Shown here one piece after another: positions 47,574-56,748 of a DNA stretch of 64,000 nucleotides. The translations under genes and the position numbers were made by a program. Each line of letters begins with the position of its first letter. The stretch's first letter is position 1. The notes below the pieces were generated by a model. That model was not told where the DNA came from. It worked only from the letters and a program-made list of their open reading frames with translations, and ran no database searches. Source of the stretch: Thalassobaculaceae bacterium (lineage in GTDB: Bacteria; Pseudomonadota; Alphaproteobacteria; Thalassobaculales; Thalassobaculaceae); contig OZ245843.1 of NCBI GenBank assembly GCA_965228875.1, forward strand, positions 4,880,616 to 4,944,615, read 5' to 3'.

Positions 47574-49330
47574 TGCGGATCGACCGGCACGACACCGATA
47601 TTCTGATTCTCGGCTCCGGCGGCGCCGGCCTGTTCGCCGCGCTCCACGCGGTGCAGACGAACCCGGACCTGGAGGTGACCGTCGCCTCGAAGGGGCTGCT
47701 CGGCAAGAGCGGCTGCACCCGCATGGTCCAGGGGGGCTACAACGTGGCGCTCAACCCCGAGGACAGCCTCGAGCGCCACTTCATGGACACCATCGTCGGC
47801 GGCAAGTGGCTGCCGCGCCAGGATCTCGCCTGGCGGCTTGTGGAGGGGGCGGTCGAGCGGGTGCGGGAACTGGAGAACGAACTCGGCTGCTTCTTCGATC
47901 GCAACGCCGATGGCTCGCTGCACCAGAAGGCCTTCGCCGGGCAGTCCTTCGACCGCACGGTGCACAAGGGCGACCTCACCGGCATCGAGATCATCAACCG
48001 GCTGATGGAACAGGTCTGGGCCCGCGACATCAAGCGGCTCGAGGAGCACCGGGCGGTCGAGCTTGTCCCCACCGCCGACGGTTCCGGCATCGCGGGCGTG
48101 TTGATGATCGACATGCGCACCGGCGGCTATCGTCTGGTGCGCGCGAAGGCGGTCCTTCTGGGGACCGGCGGCGGGCCGACCATGTACCTCTATCACACCC
48201 CGTCCGGCGACAAGTCCTGCGACGGCATGGCGATGGCGCTGCGCGGCGGGCTGGCCCTGCGCGACATGGAGATGGTGCAGTTCCATCCGACCGGCCTGCT
48301 CGCCGGTCCGGACACGCGCATGACCGGCACGGTGCTGGAGGAGGGGCTGCGCGGCGCCGGGGGCTGGCTGCTGAACGGCGATGGCGAGCGGTTCATGACG
48401 ACCTATGACAGGGCGGGCGAGCGCGCGACCCGTGACGTCGTCAGCCGGGCGATCTATGCCGAGATGCGCGACGGTCGCACCACGCCGATGGGCGGCGTCT
48501 ACATCCAGATGAGCCATCTAGGTCCGGAGGACGTGGCGAAGCGCTTCCCCGGCATGGTGACGCGCTGCGCCGACTGCGGATTCGACCTCGCCGGCGGCCG
48601 GGTCGAGGTGGTGCCGACCGCCCACTACATGATGGGCGGCGTCGAGTTCGAGATCGACGGGACGACGGCGATGCCGGGTCTGTTCGCGGCGGGTGAGGAT
48701 TGCGGCGGGGTGCACGGCGCCAACCGGCTCGGCGGCAACGGCGTGGCCAACTCGACCGTGTTCGGAGGCATCGCCGGCGCGGCGATGGCCGCCTATGTGG
48801 CGCGGGAAGGGATGTTCAGGGATCCGGACCCGACCGCGCTCGAAGCCGGGGTCGCCCGTGCCGAGCAACCCTTCGCCCTCAAACCGGGCGACCTTGGAGC
48901 GCTGCGCGAGACGCTCTGGGGCCTGATGTGGGACGAGGTCGGCATTCTGCGGACCGATGCCGGGCTGCGGCGCGGCCTCGAACGCCTCGACGCGCTGGAG
49001 GAGGAGCTGGGGCGGACGGGTCTTGCCGACGGCGACCGGGCGTTCAATCTCATCTGGCATGACTGGCTGAATCTGGAGAGCCAGATCGCGGTCTCCAGGG
49101 TGATCGCGACGGCGGCGCTGGCCCGCGAAGACAGCCGCGGCGCCCATTTCCGCGAGGACTTCCCGGAGACCGGGGACCTGAACGCCACGGCGTTCACGCG
49201 GGTCACGGCGCCGGATACGGGGGCCGTCCGGTTGGAGATGGTGCCGGTCGATTTCACCGTCGTTAAGCCCGGCGAGAGCCTGATCGACGACGAGGCCGGC
49301 GCGCCGCCGACCTCGGCGGCCGTGCGCTGA
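47573..49330 (+). CDS. SDH/FRD/NadB-family flavoprotein subunit (non-canonical)
   Basis: GSGGAG, QFHPT, TRDVVSRAI, PTAHYMMGG, HGANRLGGN, REDSRGAH. Confidence 0.9.
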   Translation: MRIDRHDTDILILGSGGAGLFAALHAVQTNPDLEVTVASKGLLGKSGCTRMVQGGYNVALNPEDSLERHFMDTIVGGKWLPRQDLAWRLVEGAVERVRELENELGCFFDRNADGSLHQKAFAGQSFDRTVHKGDLTGIEIINRLMEQVWARDIKRLEEHRAVELVPTADGSGIAGVLMIDMRTGGYRLVRAKAVLLGTGGGPTMYLYHTPSGDKSCDGMAMALRGGLALRDMEMVQFHPTGLLAGPDTRMTGTVLEEGLRGAGGWLLNGDGERFMTTYDRAGERATRDVVSRAIYAEMRDGRTTPMGGVYIQMSHLGPEDVAKRFPGMVTRCADCGFDLAGGRVEVVPTAHYMMGGVEFEIDGTTAMPGLFAAGEDCGGVHGANRLGGNGVANSTVFGGIAGAAMAAYVAREGMFRDPDPTALEAGVARAEQPFALKPGDLGALRETLWGLMWDEVGILRTDAGLRRGLERLDALEEELGRTGLADGDRAFNLIWHDWLNLESQIAVSRVIATAALAREDSRGAHFREDFPETGDLNATAFTRVTAPDTGAVRLEMVPVDFTVVKPGESLIDDEAGAPPTSAAVR

Positions 49331-49386
49331 ACACCCCGCGCCGTTTCCTTTTGCCCGTCGCAACGAGTTCCCCGCGGCAACGACAA

Positions 49387-49407
49387 AGGCCCGCGCGGAG
49401 CGGGCCT
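49387..49407 (-). terminator. Hairpin between convergent genes
   Basis: aggcccgc-gcgga-gcgggcct, followed by a short T run on the minus strand. Confidence 0.55.
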
Positions 49408-49430
49408 CTGGTACGGTGATGTGATCGGGG

Positions 49431-49799
49431 TCAGGCGGGACCGGCCTGCGGGGCCGGGCCGTCGGCGGGACGGTTGCGGCGGCCGGCCATGAACTGATCG
49501 AACTCGGCCTTGTCCTTGGCGCGGCGGAGCTGCTCCAGGAAATCCTGAAACTCCTGCTGCTCCTCCTCCAGCCGCTTCAGGGTCTCGGCCCGGTAGTCGT
49601 CGAAGGCGGAATTGCCGCTCGACCGGCTCTCGCTCTTCCACCACTGACCGCGGCTACGCTTCCAGCATCCCATTCTTCCACTCCATAGCAGGTAACCCAG
49701 GACCGCGAGGCCGATCGGCCAGAACAAGACGAATCCGACGACCATGAGTGCGATCCAGGCCGGTTTCCCGTAGTCGTCGAGCTTTTGAACGAGCTCCAT
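49431..49799 (-). CDS. DUF2852 family membrane protein
   Basis: FWPIGLA TM, SGNSAFDDYRAETLKRLEEEQ, AKDKAEFDQFM. Confidence 0.88.
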   Translation of the reverse strand: MELVQKLDDYGKPAWIALMVVGFVLFWPIGLAVLGYLLWSGRMGCWKRSRGQWWKSESRSSGNSAFDDYRAETLKRLEEEQQEFQDFLEQLRRAKDKAEFDQFMAGRRNRPADGPAPQAGPA

Positions 49800-49809
49800 A
49801 GGGCCTCCG

Positions 49810-49828
49810 ATGTAAATGTTCATTACAT
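49810..49828. promoter_or_regulatory. Putative TetR operator ATGTAA-N7-TTACAT
   Basis: Perfect 6-bp inverted repeat in an AT-rich patch 10 bp upstream of the DUF2852 start. Confidence 0.6.
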
Positions 49829-49883
49829 TCACATAAGGGCGGCACGAGCGCCGATCAAGAGTGTCGTGCGGGTATTTCGCTAA

Positions 49884-50531
49884 TTAGGGACGGCTGACCG
49901 GAAGCCCAAGGCCCTGCAGGTAGACCAGCACCCCGGCCTCGAGCAGTTCCTCGGGCGTCATCGGCAGGGATCGGGCGCCGGCGTCGCTGCGGGTGAACAG
50001 CGATGCTGTGCCGTGGGCCAGGCTCCAGACGTGCAGTGCCACCATCATCGCCGGCGGGCGCTGGCCCTGGGGCGCCAGCGCGCACAGCGTCTCGGCGGCG
50101 CGGCGCAGCACGGCGAAGGCCTGGTCCGAGGCGCGCCGGAGTTCCGGCGTGGCATTGCGGTCGATCCCGGCCTCGAACATGGCCGAGTAGTGCGCCGGCT
50201 CGTCCCGCGCGAAGGCGAGATAGGCTTGGCCGGTGCGTTCGAAGGCGGTGACGGGGTCGGGCCGGCCGTCGTCCCAGGCGGCTTCCAGACGGTCGGTGAA
50301 CAGGGAGAACCCGCGTCCGGCGACGTCGGCGAGCAGGGCGTCGCGGTCGCGGAAATGGCGATAGGGGGCGGCCGGGCTGACCCCGGCGGAGCGCGCCGCG
50401 TCGGCGAAGCTGAACCCGCTCGCGCCCTTCTCGGCGATCAGGCTCAACGCCGCCTGAATAAGCGCCTCGCGCAGGTTGCCGTGATGATAGCCGCGACGCC
50501 GGCCGCCGGACTCGCCTTTCGACCAGTTCAT
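49884..50531 (-). CDS. TetR/AcrR family regulator (WHG-type C-terminus)
   Basis: YHHGNLREAL, GVSPAAPYRHF, WSLAHG. Confidence 0.92.
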   Translation of the reverse strand: MNWSKGESGGRRRGYHHGNLREALIQAALSLIAEKGASGFSFADAARSAGVSPAAPYRHFRDRDALLADVAGRGFSLFTDRLEAAWDDGRPDPVTAFERTGQAYLAFARDEPAHYSAMFEAGIDRNATPELRRASDQAFAVLRRAAETLCALAPQGQRPPAMMVALHVWSLAHGTASLFTRSDAGARSLPMTPEELLEAGVLVYLQGLGLPVSRP

Positions 50532-50598
50532 GCAGGCTAATTAGGGCATCGGCGCGGGGAATGCAGCCGCAATCGACAGCGCGGCGCCCGGTGGCGGT

Positions 50599-50742
50599 TC
50601 AGGGCCGGTCCGACTCGGGTTGCCGGGGCTTGCGGCCACCGGTCAGGAACCTCAGCGCCATCGAGACGGCGACGTAGGAGAACAGGAAGAAGCCGATCGC
50701 GATGAGGATCTCGACCTCGATGATGTGCAGGAGCGACTGCAT
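50599..50742 (-). CDS. Putative 47-aa single-pass membrane protein
   Basis: Manual translation MQSLLHIIEVEILIAIGFFLFSYVAVSMALRFLTGGRKPRQPESDRP; mostly G/C third positions; below ORF-track cutoff. Confidence 0.55.
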   Translation of the reverse strand: MQSLLHIIEVEILIAIGFFLFSYVAVSMALRFLTGGRKPRQPESDRP

Positions 50743-50940
50743 GCGCCGTATCCGGGTTCCAATCTGGAGAGGGGGCGGACCATGCTCCCGATGTGTCGGC
50801 GGGCGAAGGAGTCACGTCGTCGCACCATGCGGACGCACGCCGGGCGTTCGACGTGCGGCGGTTGACGTGCGGCGGGGCCGGCGGCATCACTTGCCCGGCG
50901 ATCACTCCCCTGGTGATCGCTCCACCGACGGGATGTTCCG

Positions 50941-51639
50941 ATGGCCACTGTTCTGAACTGCTTCCCGCTGACCGTCTTCAAGGACCGGCTGGGCCTCGAT
51001 GCGACCTACCGGCACGGGATCGGCCAGGCGATCATCGACTCCTACCGCGACGGGCCGAAGGCCGGGGTGACCAAGACCAGCGCCTGGACTGGCGACAGAA
51101 ACGGCCGCGAGTTCCTGCATCTGGAGCCGACCATGGCGCCGTTCTTCAAGGCGGTGCACCAGCGCATGGTCGAGTACCTGCGGGCGTTGAAGATCGACGC
51201 CGGCAAGCTGGACCTGCACTATACCCGGTCATGGGGCACGGTCAGCGAGCCGGGCCAGTCGATCCGACGCCACCGGCACAACCAGAGCCACATCTCGGTC
51301 GTGTACTACCCGATCAAGGACGAGAACACCGGCAACCTGGTGTTTCACCTGCCCGACCCGCTGAACGAGTTCTCCCCCGGCCTGTTCGAGCAGCACTCCC
51401 GCGACATGGGGCTGATCACCGAGAGCAACATCCTCAATTCGGAGATGGTCGACCTGCCGGTCGCGGAGGACGACATCGTGGTCTTTCCGTCCAAGACCTT
51501 CCACGGGACCGAGCCCAACAACACGCCGGGCCGGCGGGTGTCGATCGCCATCGACGTGGTCGTCACCCTCAAGGACAGCGGCGGCGTCGAATACCTGATG
51601 CCGCCGGTGGAGAAGTGGCGCAGGTCGGCAGACCTGTAG
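50941..51639 (+). CDS. Putative 2OG-Fe(II) oxygenase (TIGR02466-like)
   Basis: HRH...HISVVYY, VFPSKTFH, RVSIA. Confidence 0.75.
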   Translation: MATVLNCFPLTVFKDRLGLDATYRHGIGQAIIDSYRDGPKAGVTKTSAWTGDRNGREFLHLEPTMAPFFKAVHQRMVEYLRALKIDAGKLDLHYTRSWGTVSEPGQSIRRHRHNQSHISVVYYPIKDENTGNLVFHLPDPLNEFSPGLFEQHSRDMGLITESNILNSEMVDLPVAEDDIVVFPSKTFHGTEPNNTPGRRVSIAIDVVVTLKDSGGVEYLMPPVEKWRRSADL

Positions 51640-51646
51640 GCCGGAC

Positions 51647-52582
51647 CTACTCCCCCTCCGCCGCCACCGGCCGGAAGAACTCGACGGAGAAGGCGTCGCC
51701 GGGGGTCGCCGTCAGGTCGAAGGCGAGCTTGAGGCTCACCGCCAGCACCATCAGCGCCAGCAGGCCGCGCAACTGCTCGCCGCGCAGGTTGGCGCCGAGG
51801 CGGGTTCCAATCTGCGCGCCGACGACGCCGCCGATGAGCAGCACGAAGGCGAGCACCACGTCGACGGTCTGGGAATTCACCGCCTGCAGGAAGGTGACGT
51901 TGGCGGTGACGAAGATGATCTGGAACAGCGAGGTGCCGACGACCACGCTGGTCGGCATCCCGAGCAGATAGATCATGGCCGGCACCAGCACGAAGCCGCC
52001 GCCCACCCCCATCATGGCCGTCAGCGCGCCGATCGCGACCCCGACGCCGAGCGGCAGCAGCAGGCTGATGTAGAGTTTCGACTTGCGGAACCGCATCTTC
52101 AGCGGCAGGCCATGCATCCAGGTGTGCTGGTGGATCTTGCCGCGCCGCGGGATCGCCGAGCGGGTGCGACGGATCGCCCGGATGCTCTCGCTCAGCATCA
52201 GGCCGCCGATGCTGCCGAGCAGCACCACGTAGCTCAGGCGGATGACGAGGTCGATCTGGCCGACCGCACGCAGCAGGTTGAACAGAACGACGCCGATGGA
52301 CGAGCCGATCAGGCCGCCGACGAGCAGCACCACCCCCATCTTCAGGTCGACATTGCCGCGCCGCCAATGCGCCAATACGCCGGAGACCGAGGCGCCGACG
52401 ATCTGGTTGGCGCTGGTGGCGACGGCGACCGCCGGCGGGATGCCGATAAAGATCAGCAGCGGCGTCATCAGGAACCCGCCCCCGACCCCGAACAGCCCCG
52501 ACAGCACGCCGATCCCGCCGCCGAGCCCGAGGATCACCAGCAGATTCACGGAGACCTCGGCGATGGGCAGGTAGACATGCAT
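51647..52582 (-). CDS. Sulfite exporter TauE/SafE (TSUP) family permease
   Basis: SGLFGVGGGFLMTP and MGVGGGFVLVP repeats, GTSLFQ. Confidence 0.9.
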   Translation of the reverse strand: MHVYLPIAEVSVNLLVILGLGGGIGVLSGLFGVGGGFLMTPLLIFIGIPPAVAVATSANQIVGASVSGVLAHWRRGNVDLKMGVVLLVGGLIGSSIGVVLFNLLRAVGQIDLVIRLSYVVLLGSIGGLMLSESIRAIRRTRSAIPRRGKIHQHTWMHGLPLKMRFRKSKLYISLLLPLGVGVAIGALTAMMGVGGGFVLVPAMIYLLGMPTSVVVGTSLFQIIFVTANVTFLQAVNSQTVDVVLAFVLLIGGVVGAQIGTRLGANLRGEQLRGLLALMVLAVSLKLAFDLTATPGDAFSVEFFRPVAAEGE

Positions 52583-52786
52583 GGCGGACACGGACCGGAC
52601 GGCGGCGACGGGATGGCTGTTATGCGCCTGCGAGTGCGGTGCGTGTCAACGGACGGTGGCAATTGGCCGCGTTCCGGTCCTCCGGCGGCAACGCACGTCT
52701 TGCCCGCTCCCCTCAACCCTGCGAGCCTTTGCGAAAACGAACGGTCGGGCGACAAGCCCCCGGACAACGAACGGGAGGACACGGCG

Positions 52787-53752
52787 ATGGCCACCATCGC
52801 GGCCGACACGGTCGAGCAGGCCGCCTACGAGATCATGTGCAAGGCCGGGATCGAGATCCCGGACGACTATCTCGGCGGCATCCAGGCCATGGCGAACACC
52901 GAGGAGGGCGATCTCTCCGCCTTCGTGCTCCGCGCCATGCTGGAGAACTACGAGGCGGCGAAGCAGGATCGCCGGGCCATGTGCGCCGATACCGGCGTGC
53001 CGCGCTACTACGTGAAGTACGGCAACGAGGCCCGGATCGAGGGCGGCCCGGTCGAGGTCGAGCACCGGATCCGGCGGGCGACGGCGCGGGCCACCCACGA
53101 GGTGCCGCTGCGACCGAACCGCGTCCACCCGCTCTCGCGCCGGGACAACGACAACAATGTCGGCGTCAACGCGCCGGAGATCGAGTACAGCTTCGAGCCG
53201 GACGCGGACTGGGTCGACATCACGACCGTCCACAAGGGCGGCTTGTTCGGCACCGACTACCGCATGCTGTTTCCGGCCGACGGGCTCGACGGCATCCGCC
53301 GGTTCTACCTCGACACCCTGATCGCTTTCGGCAAGCGGGGCCTCGCCTGTCAGCCGGCGATCGTCGGTATCGGCCTCGGCGGCTCCAAGGATATCTGCTC
53401 GGTGCTGGGCAAGCAGGCGGCCTGCCTGCGCACGGTCGGCGACCGCCACCCAGATCCGGAGATCGCCGCCCTGGAACTGGAGCTCAAGGAACTCGGCAAC
53501 TCCATCGGCATGGGGGCGATGGGCTTCGTCGGTTCGTCCATGGTCGTCGATTGCCACATCGAGGTCGGCTACACCCATACGGGGGGCATGCCGATGAGCG
53601 TGCACTGCTTCTGCCTGTCGTCGCGGCGGGCGACCGCCCGCATCTTCTCCGACGGCGAGATCGAGTACCGCACCGACCCGCGGTGGTTCACCCCCTACAT
53701 GCGGCGCGACACCGTCGACTGGGCGCCCGGACGGATGGAGGCGGCGGAATGA
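52787..53752 (+). CDS. Fe-S hydro-lyase alpha subunit (fumarate hydratase/tartrate dehydratase family)
   Basis: MCADTG, PLRPN, ACQP...GIGLGG, GIGMGAMG-like, C-terminal HCFC; RBS GGAGG. Confidence 0.88.
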   Translation: MATIAADTVEQAAYEIMCKAGIEIPDDYLGGIQAMANTEEGDLSAFVLRAMLENYEAAKQDRRAMCADTGVPRYYVKYGNEARIEGGPVEVEHRIRRATARATHEVPLRPNRVHPLSRRDNDNNVGVNAPEIEYSFEPDADWVDITTVHKGGLFGTDYRMLFPADGLDGIRRFYLDTLIAFGKRGLACQPAIVGIGLGGSKDICSVLGKQAACLRTVGDRHPDPEIAALELELKELGNSIGMGAMGFVGSSMVVDCHIEVGYTHTGGMPMSVHCFCLSSRRATARIFSDGEIEYRTDPRWFTPYMRRDTVDWAPGRMEAAE

Positions 53753-54423
53753 GCGGGGCGCTGAAGGAGGTCCGGCTGCAGACGCCCGTGCGGCACGAGG
53801 ACCTGGTGGGCCTGGAACTCGGTACCGTCGTCTATCTCGACGGCCTGATCTACACGGGGCGCGAGGGCGTCTACAAGAGCGTGCTGGAGGACGGACGCGA
53901 GCCGCCGGAGGATCTGCGGCAGCTCACCAACGTCAATTTCCACTGCTCGCCCGCCGCCTCGGTGAACCATAACGGCAGCCTGACGGTCGGCGCGGTGACG
54001 GCGACGGCGAGCTTCCGGTTCTCCAAGTGGCTGCCCCGATGGTTCGACGTGTCCGGCGCGAAGGTCATCGTCGGCAAGGGCGGCATGAGCGAGAGCGACT
54101 ACCGCAAGGTCTTCGTGCCGGCTGGGGCGATCTACCTGACCACGGTCGGATACGGGACCGGGGCGCTGCTCGGCCGCGGCATCAAGCATGTCCGCGCCGC
54201 CCACTGGCTCGACGAACTCGGCATCGCCCAGGCCATGTGGGTGCTGGAGGTGGAGAAGTTCGGGCCGCTGCTGGTCGAGAGCGATCTGGAGGGCAACTCC
54301 CTGTTCGAGCGGCAGAACCGGATCGTCAACCAGGGCATCGGCCGGCTCTACGAGGGCCTGAAGGCGCCGAGCCTCAGCCGTTACGGCGAGACCGACGACC
54401 GGGGTGAGGAACTGATCGGGTAG
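53749..54423 (+). CDS. Fe-S hydro-lyase beta subunit
   Basis: YTGREG, FHCSP, ATASFRF, IVGKGGM, FGPLLV. Confidence 0.88.
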   Translation: MSGALKEVRLQTPVRHEDLVGLELGTVVYLDGLIYTGREGVYKSVLEDGREPPEDLRQLTNVNFHCSPAASVNHNGSLTVGAVTATASFRFSKWLPRWFDVSGAKVIVGKGGMSESDYRKVFVPAGAIYLTTVGYGTGALLGRGIKHVRAAHWLDELGIAQAMWVLEVEKFGPLLVESDLEGNSLFERQNRIVNQGIGRLYEGLKAPSLSRYGETDDRGEELIG

Positions 54424-54430
54424 GCGGGGA

Positions 54431-54985
54431 TCAGTCGGGCGCGGCCGGCACGCCGGCCCCGATGTCCAGATATCGGCGGCTCAACACGTCGGTCACGGTC
54501 GCCACCCCGTCATGACTGAGGTCGAAATCCGGTCGGTCGTCCGGGTCCGTGGTCGAGCACGAGTAGAACCAGCGCACGCCGCTCGCGTCGCGCAGCGGGA
54601 GGCCGATCGATTCCCGGCGCATGGTCCGCCCGCGCGACGCCACCGTGCGCATGCGCGTGTACATGCCGCAGGGGTACCCGCAGGCGAGGAAGAACGGCCG
54701 GGCGGCCGCGGCCCGCCGCTCGGGTGAGACCATGTCGAGGTAGTTCCGTCCGGTGATCTCCTCGTCATAGGCGGCGGCGACGGTCGAGCCGACCAGACGC
54801 AGCCGGATATCGGTCGGGGAGACCAGTTCGTGGACCACCATGTGCGCCAGCGCGCCGCCCAGCGCCTCCGGCCGGAAGTCGCGGCGTTCCGGCACGAGCC
54901 CGACACGCGGCAGGGCCGTCCAGTGGTCTGCGAAGGCACGCAGAGTCCGGTTGAGATCGAGGATGTCGAAGTCGGGATCGGGCAC
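54431..54985 (-). CDS. Stand-alone PAS-domain protein (PAS_5/DUF1457-like), paralog A
   Basis: W...PERRDFRP, IRLRLVGS, EITGRNYLD, LPL; start uncertain. Confidence 0.75.
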   Translation of the reverse strand: MPDPDFDILDLNRTLRAFADHWTALPRVGLVPERRDFRPEALGGALAHMVVHELVSPTDIRLRLVGSTVAAAYDEEITGRNYLDMVSPERRAAAARPFFLACGYPCGMYTRMRTVASRGRTMRRESIGLPLRDASGVRWFYSCSTTDPDDRPDFDLSHDGVATVTDVLSRRYLDIGAGVPAAPD

Positions 54986-55115
54986 GTCGGGGTCCTGGTC
55001 GCTGCAAGGCAGCCTTCCAGAAGCCGAGCGAGGCCTCAATCCGTAATATCCGACACCGTGGCGGCAGAAACCTGCCGAGGGACCCGAGGCCGTGCTTGCG
55101 GTACCGGCGTCTGTC

Positions 55116-56453
55116 TCAGTCCAGTCCGTAGGCCTCGGGCAGGTCGGGGGTCCGCAGGCCGGTGGTACTGACCCCGATCCCCTTGATGAGGGCCAGATCG
55201 TCCGCGTGCAGGTCCTTGATCGGCTTGAAGCCGCGCCGGCCCAGCACGTTGTTGCCGCCGGCCGATACGGCGACCGCCGAGTCGAAGCCGAACCCGAGCG
55301 TCTCTCGCGACTTGGGGGTCAGCCTGCCGGAGGCATCATCGAAATTCGGATGGATCCGGTCGCTGACGGGGACGTTGACGGTGGTGTGCGGCCCGTAGTC
55401 CGGCAGATTGCCGGGCGAGAAGCTGATGGCATTGTGCAGGCGCTGCGCGGCATCGGTCAGACCTTCCCAGCTATCCGACATCGAGAGATCGCCATAGGCG
55501 GCGTCGATCTCGGCGTTCGACCGGTCGATGGCCTGGTTGCTGTCGATGTTGTTCTTCGACTTCCGCTTGGCGTTGGGCATGAGGCGGAAGGGGACGGGCA
55601 GCCGCATCTCCTCATTGCGGCCCTTCGCGTGCTCGACGAGCTTGTCGAGGACATCGAAGGACTCGGACTGGCCGGCCCAGAACCCGCGCGTCGCGTGCTT
55701 CTCGATGAAGTGCCGGTAGCCGGCGTCCGGCCCGATATGGGTCGCCGCGAGGTCGTTCACCTTTGGCGACCCGACTTCGCTCTGCTTGAAATGGCCGAGC
55801 CGGACGGAGTTCTGAGCCGCGAACAGGTAGGCGACCGACGGGATCTCCTCCCGTCCCAGGCGGATGAAGTCCGGGTCGTCGGGGTCCTCCGCGTCCATGC
55901 GCTGGACGACGGACCCGTGCCGGAACCCGACGCCCATGCGCATCTGCGGCTGAACCTGCCCGGATGCCCGCCGTTCATGCGGAAGAAGCGGCCTCGTCGT
56001 GGCGGCGCCGAGGGGCGCGATCGCCGGTTGGCCGACCGCGGCGCCGGCCATCGCCCGTTGCTCGTGCGGCAACAGCGGTCGGCCGGGGGTTGGCGGTCCG
56101 GAAACGGCGGGCTGGAGCCCGGAACCGCCCGATCGCCCCTGGGCCCGGATTTCGTGCGGCAGCAGCGGGCGGGGGACGGCGGCGGGAAGCGCCGGCATCC
56201 GCGGTTGGCCGACGCCGACCGGCGCAATCGCCCGCGTCTCGTGCGGCAGGAGGGGGCGAGCGGTCGCCGCGGCAAGGGGCTGCATCCGCGGTTGGCCGAC
56301 GTCCGAAGGATGCCCGGCGACCCGCGCTTCATGCGGCAACAGGGCACGGCCTCCCAGAGACGACGGCGGTCCCGCGATCAACGGTTGGCCGACTGCCGCG
56401 GCGCCGAGCGCCCGTTGTTCGTGAGGCAGCATAGGACGGCCCGAACTCGGCAT
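55116..56453 (-). CDS. Hypothetical protein: six N-terminal RPLLPHE repeats plus ~260 aa unknown C-terminal domain
   Basis: Long ORF; ATG at 56453 preceded by GAGG; repeats visible in the translation. Confidence 0.8.
   Translation of the reverse strand: MPSSGRPMLPHEQRALGAAAVGQPLIAGPPSSLGGRALLPHEARVAGHPSDVGQPRMQPLAAATARPLLPHETRAIAPVGVGQPRMPALPAAVPRPLLPHEIRAQGRSGGSGLQPAVSGPPTPGRPLLPHEQRAMAGAAVGQPAIAPLGAATTRPLLPHERRASGQVQPQMRMGVGFRHGSVVQRMDAEDPDDPDFIRLGREEIPSVAYLFAAQNSVRLGHFKQSEVGSPKVNDLAATHIGPDAGYRHFIEKHATRGFWAGQSESFDVLDKLVEHAKGRNEEMRLPVPFRLMPNAKRKSKNNIDSNQAIDRSNAEIDAAYGDLSMSDSWEGLTDAAQRLHNAISFSPGNLPDYGPHTTVNVPVSDRIHPNFDDASGRLTPKSRETLGFGFDSAVAVSAGGNNVLGRRGFKPIKDLHADDLALIKGIGVSTTGLRTPDLPEAYGLD
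55899..56438 (-). repeat. Intragenic tandem repeat, 6 units of ~87-90 bp (RPLLPHExR...QP)
   Basis: Units of 30, 30, 29, 30 and 29 aa plus a final unit ending in VVQR. Confidence 0.9.
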
Positions 56454-56748
56454 GCTGTTGGCCTCGATGGAGAGACGGTGCGTCAATGTCGCTTAATGAT
56501 TGTCTTTGAGCAAGCTTGCGATGCAGGTATCGGTCACAGGGGCGACGCACCGTCCAGTACCGCCGAACCGATGGTCTGGAACTGGTCCGGGTAAAGGGAA
56601 CCATGTGGCAGTCGCTTGAACGGGATCGGTTCAGGTGGAGTCGACCTGGACCATGTGTCGTCGTTTGCATCGTTTTAGGTAGGTCAAACTCAGACGTTTG
56701 CCGCAGCTCAGACACTTTCGGATCGACCTGGATGCCAGGATCAACTTG

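Noticed and set aside
46175..49330. Calling the operon sdhCDAB or nadB
   Set aside because: Gene order and missing covalent-FAD His argue against canonical Sdh; Fe-S and membrane subunits argue against NadB.
51647..52582. TauE/SafE gene as evidence that the hydro-lyase pathway acts on a sulfonate
   Set aside because: This permease type is widespread in alphaproteobacteria; adjacency alone is insufficient.
55899..56438. Regularly spaced ~90 bp repeats as a possible CRISPR array
   Set aside because: Repeats are degenerate at synonymous positions, keep one reading frame and have no cas genes nearby, so they are protein-level repeats.
56487..56748. Short ORFs (56329-56715, 56631-56825) as immunity genes
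   Set aside because: They overlap the flanking genes and lack a clear RBS or recognisable features; cannot be supported, though not strictly excluded.
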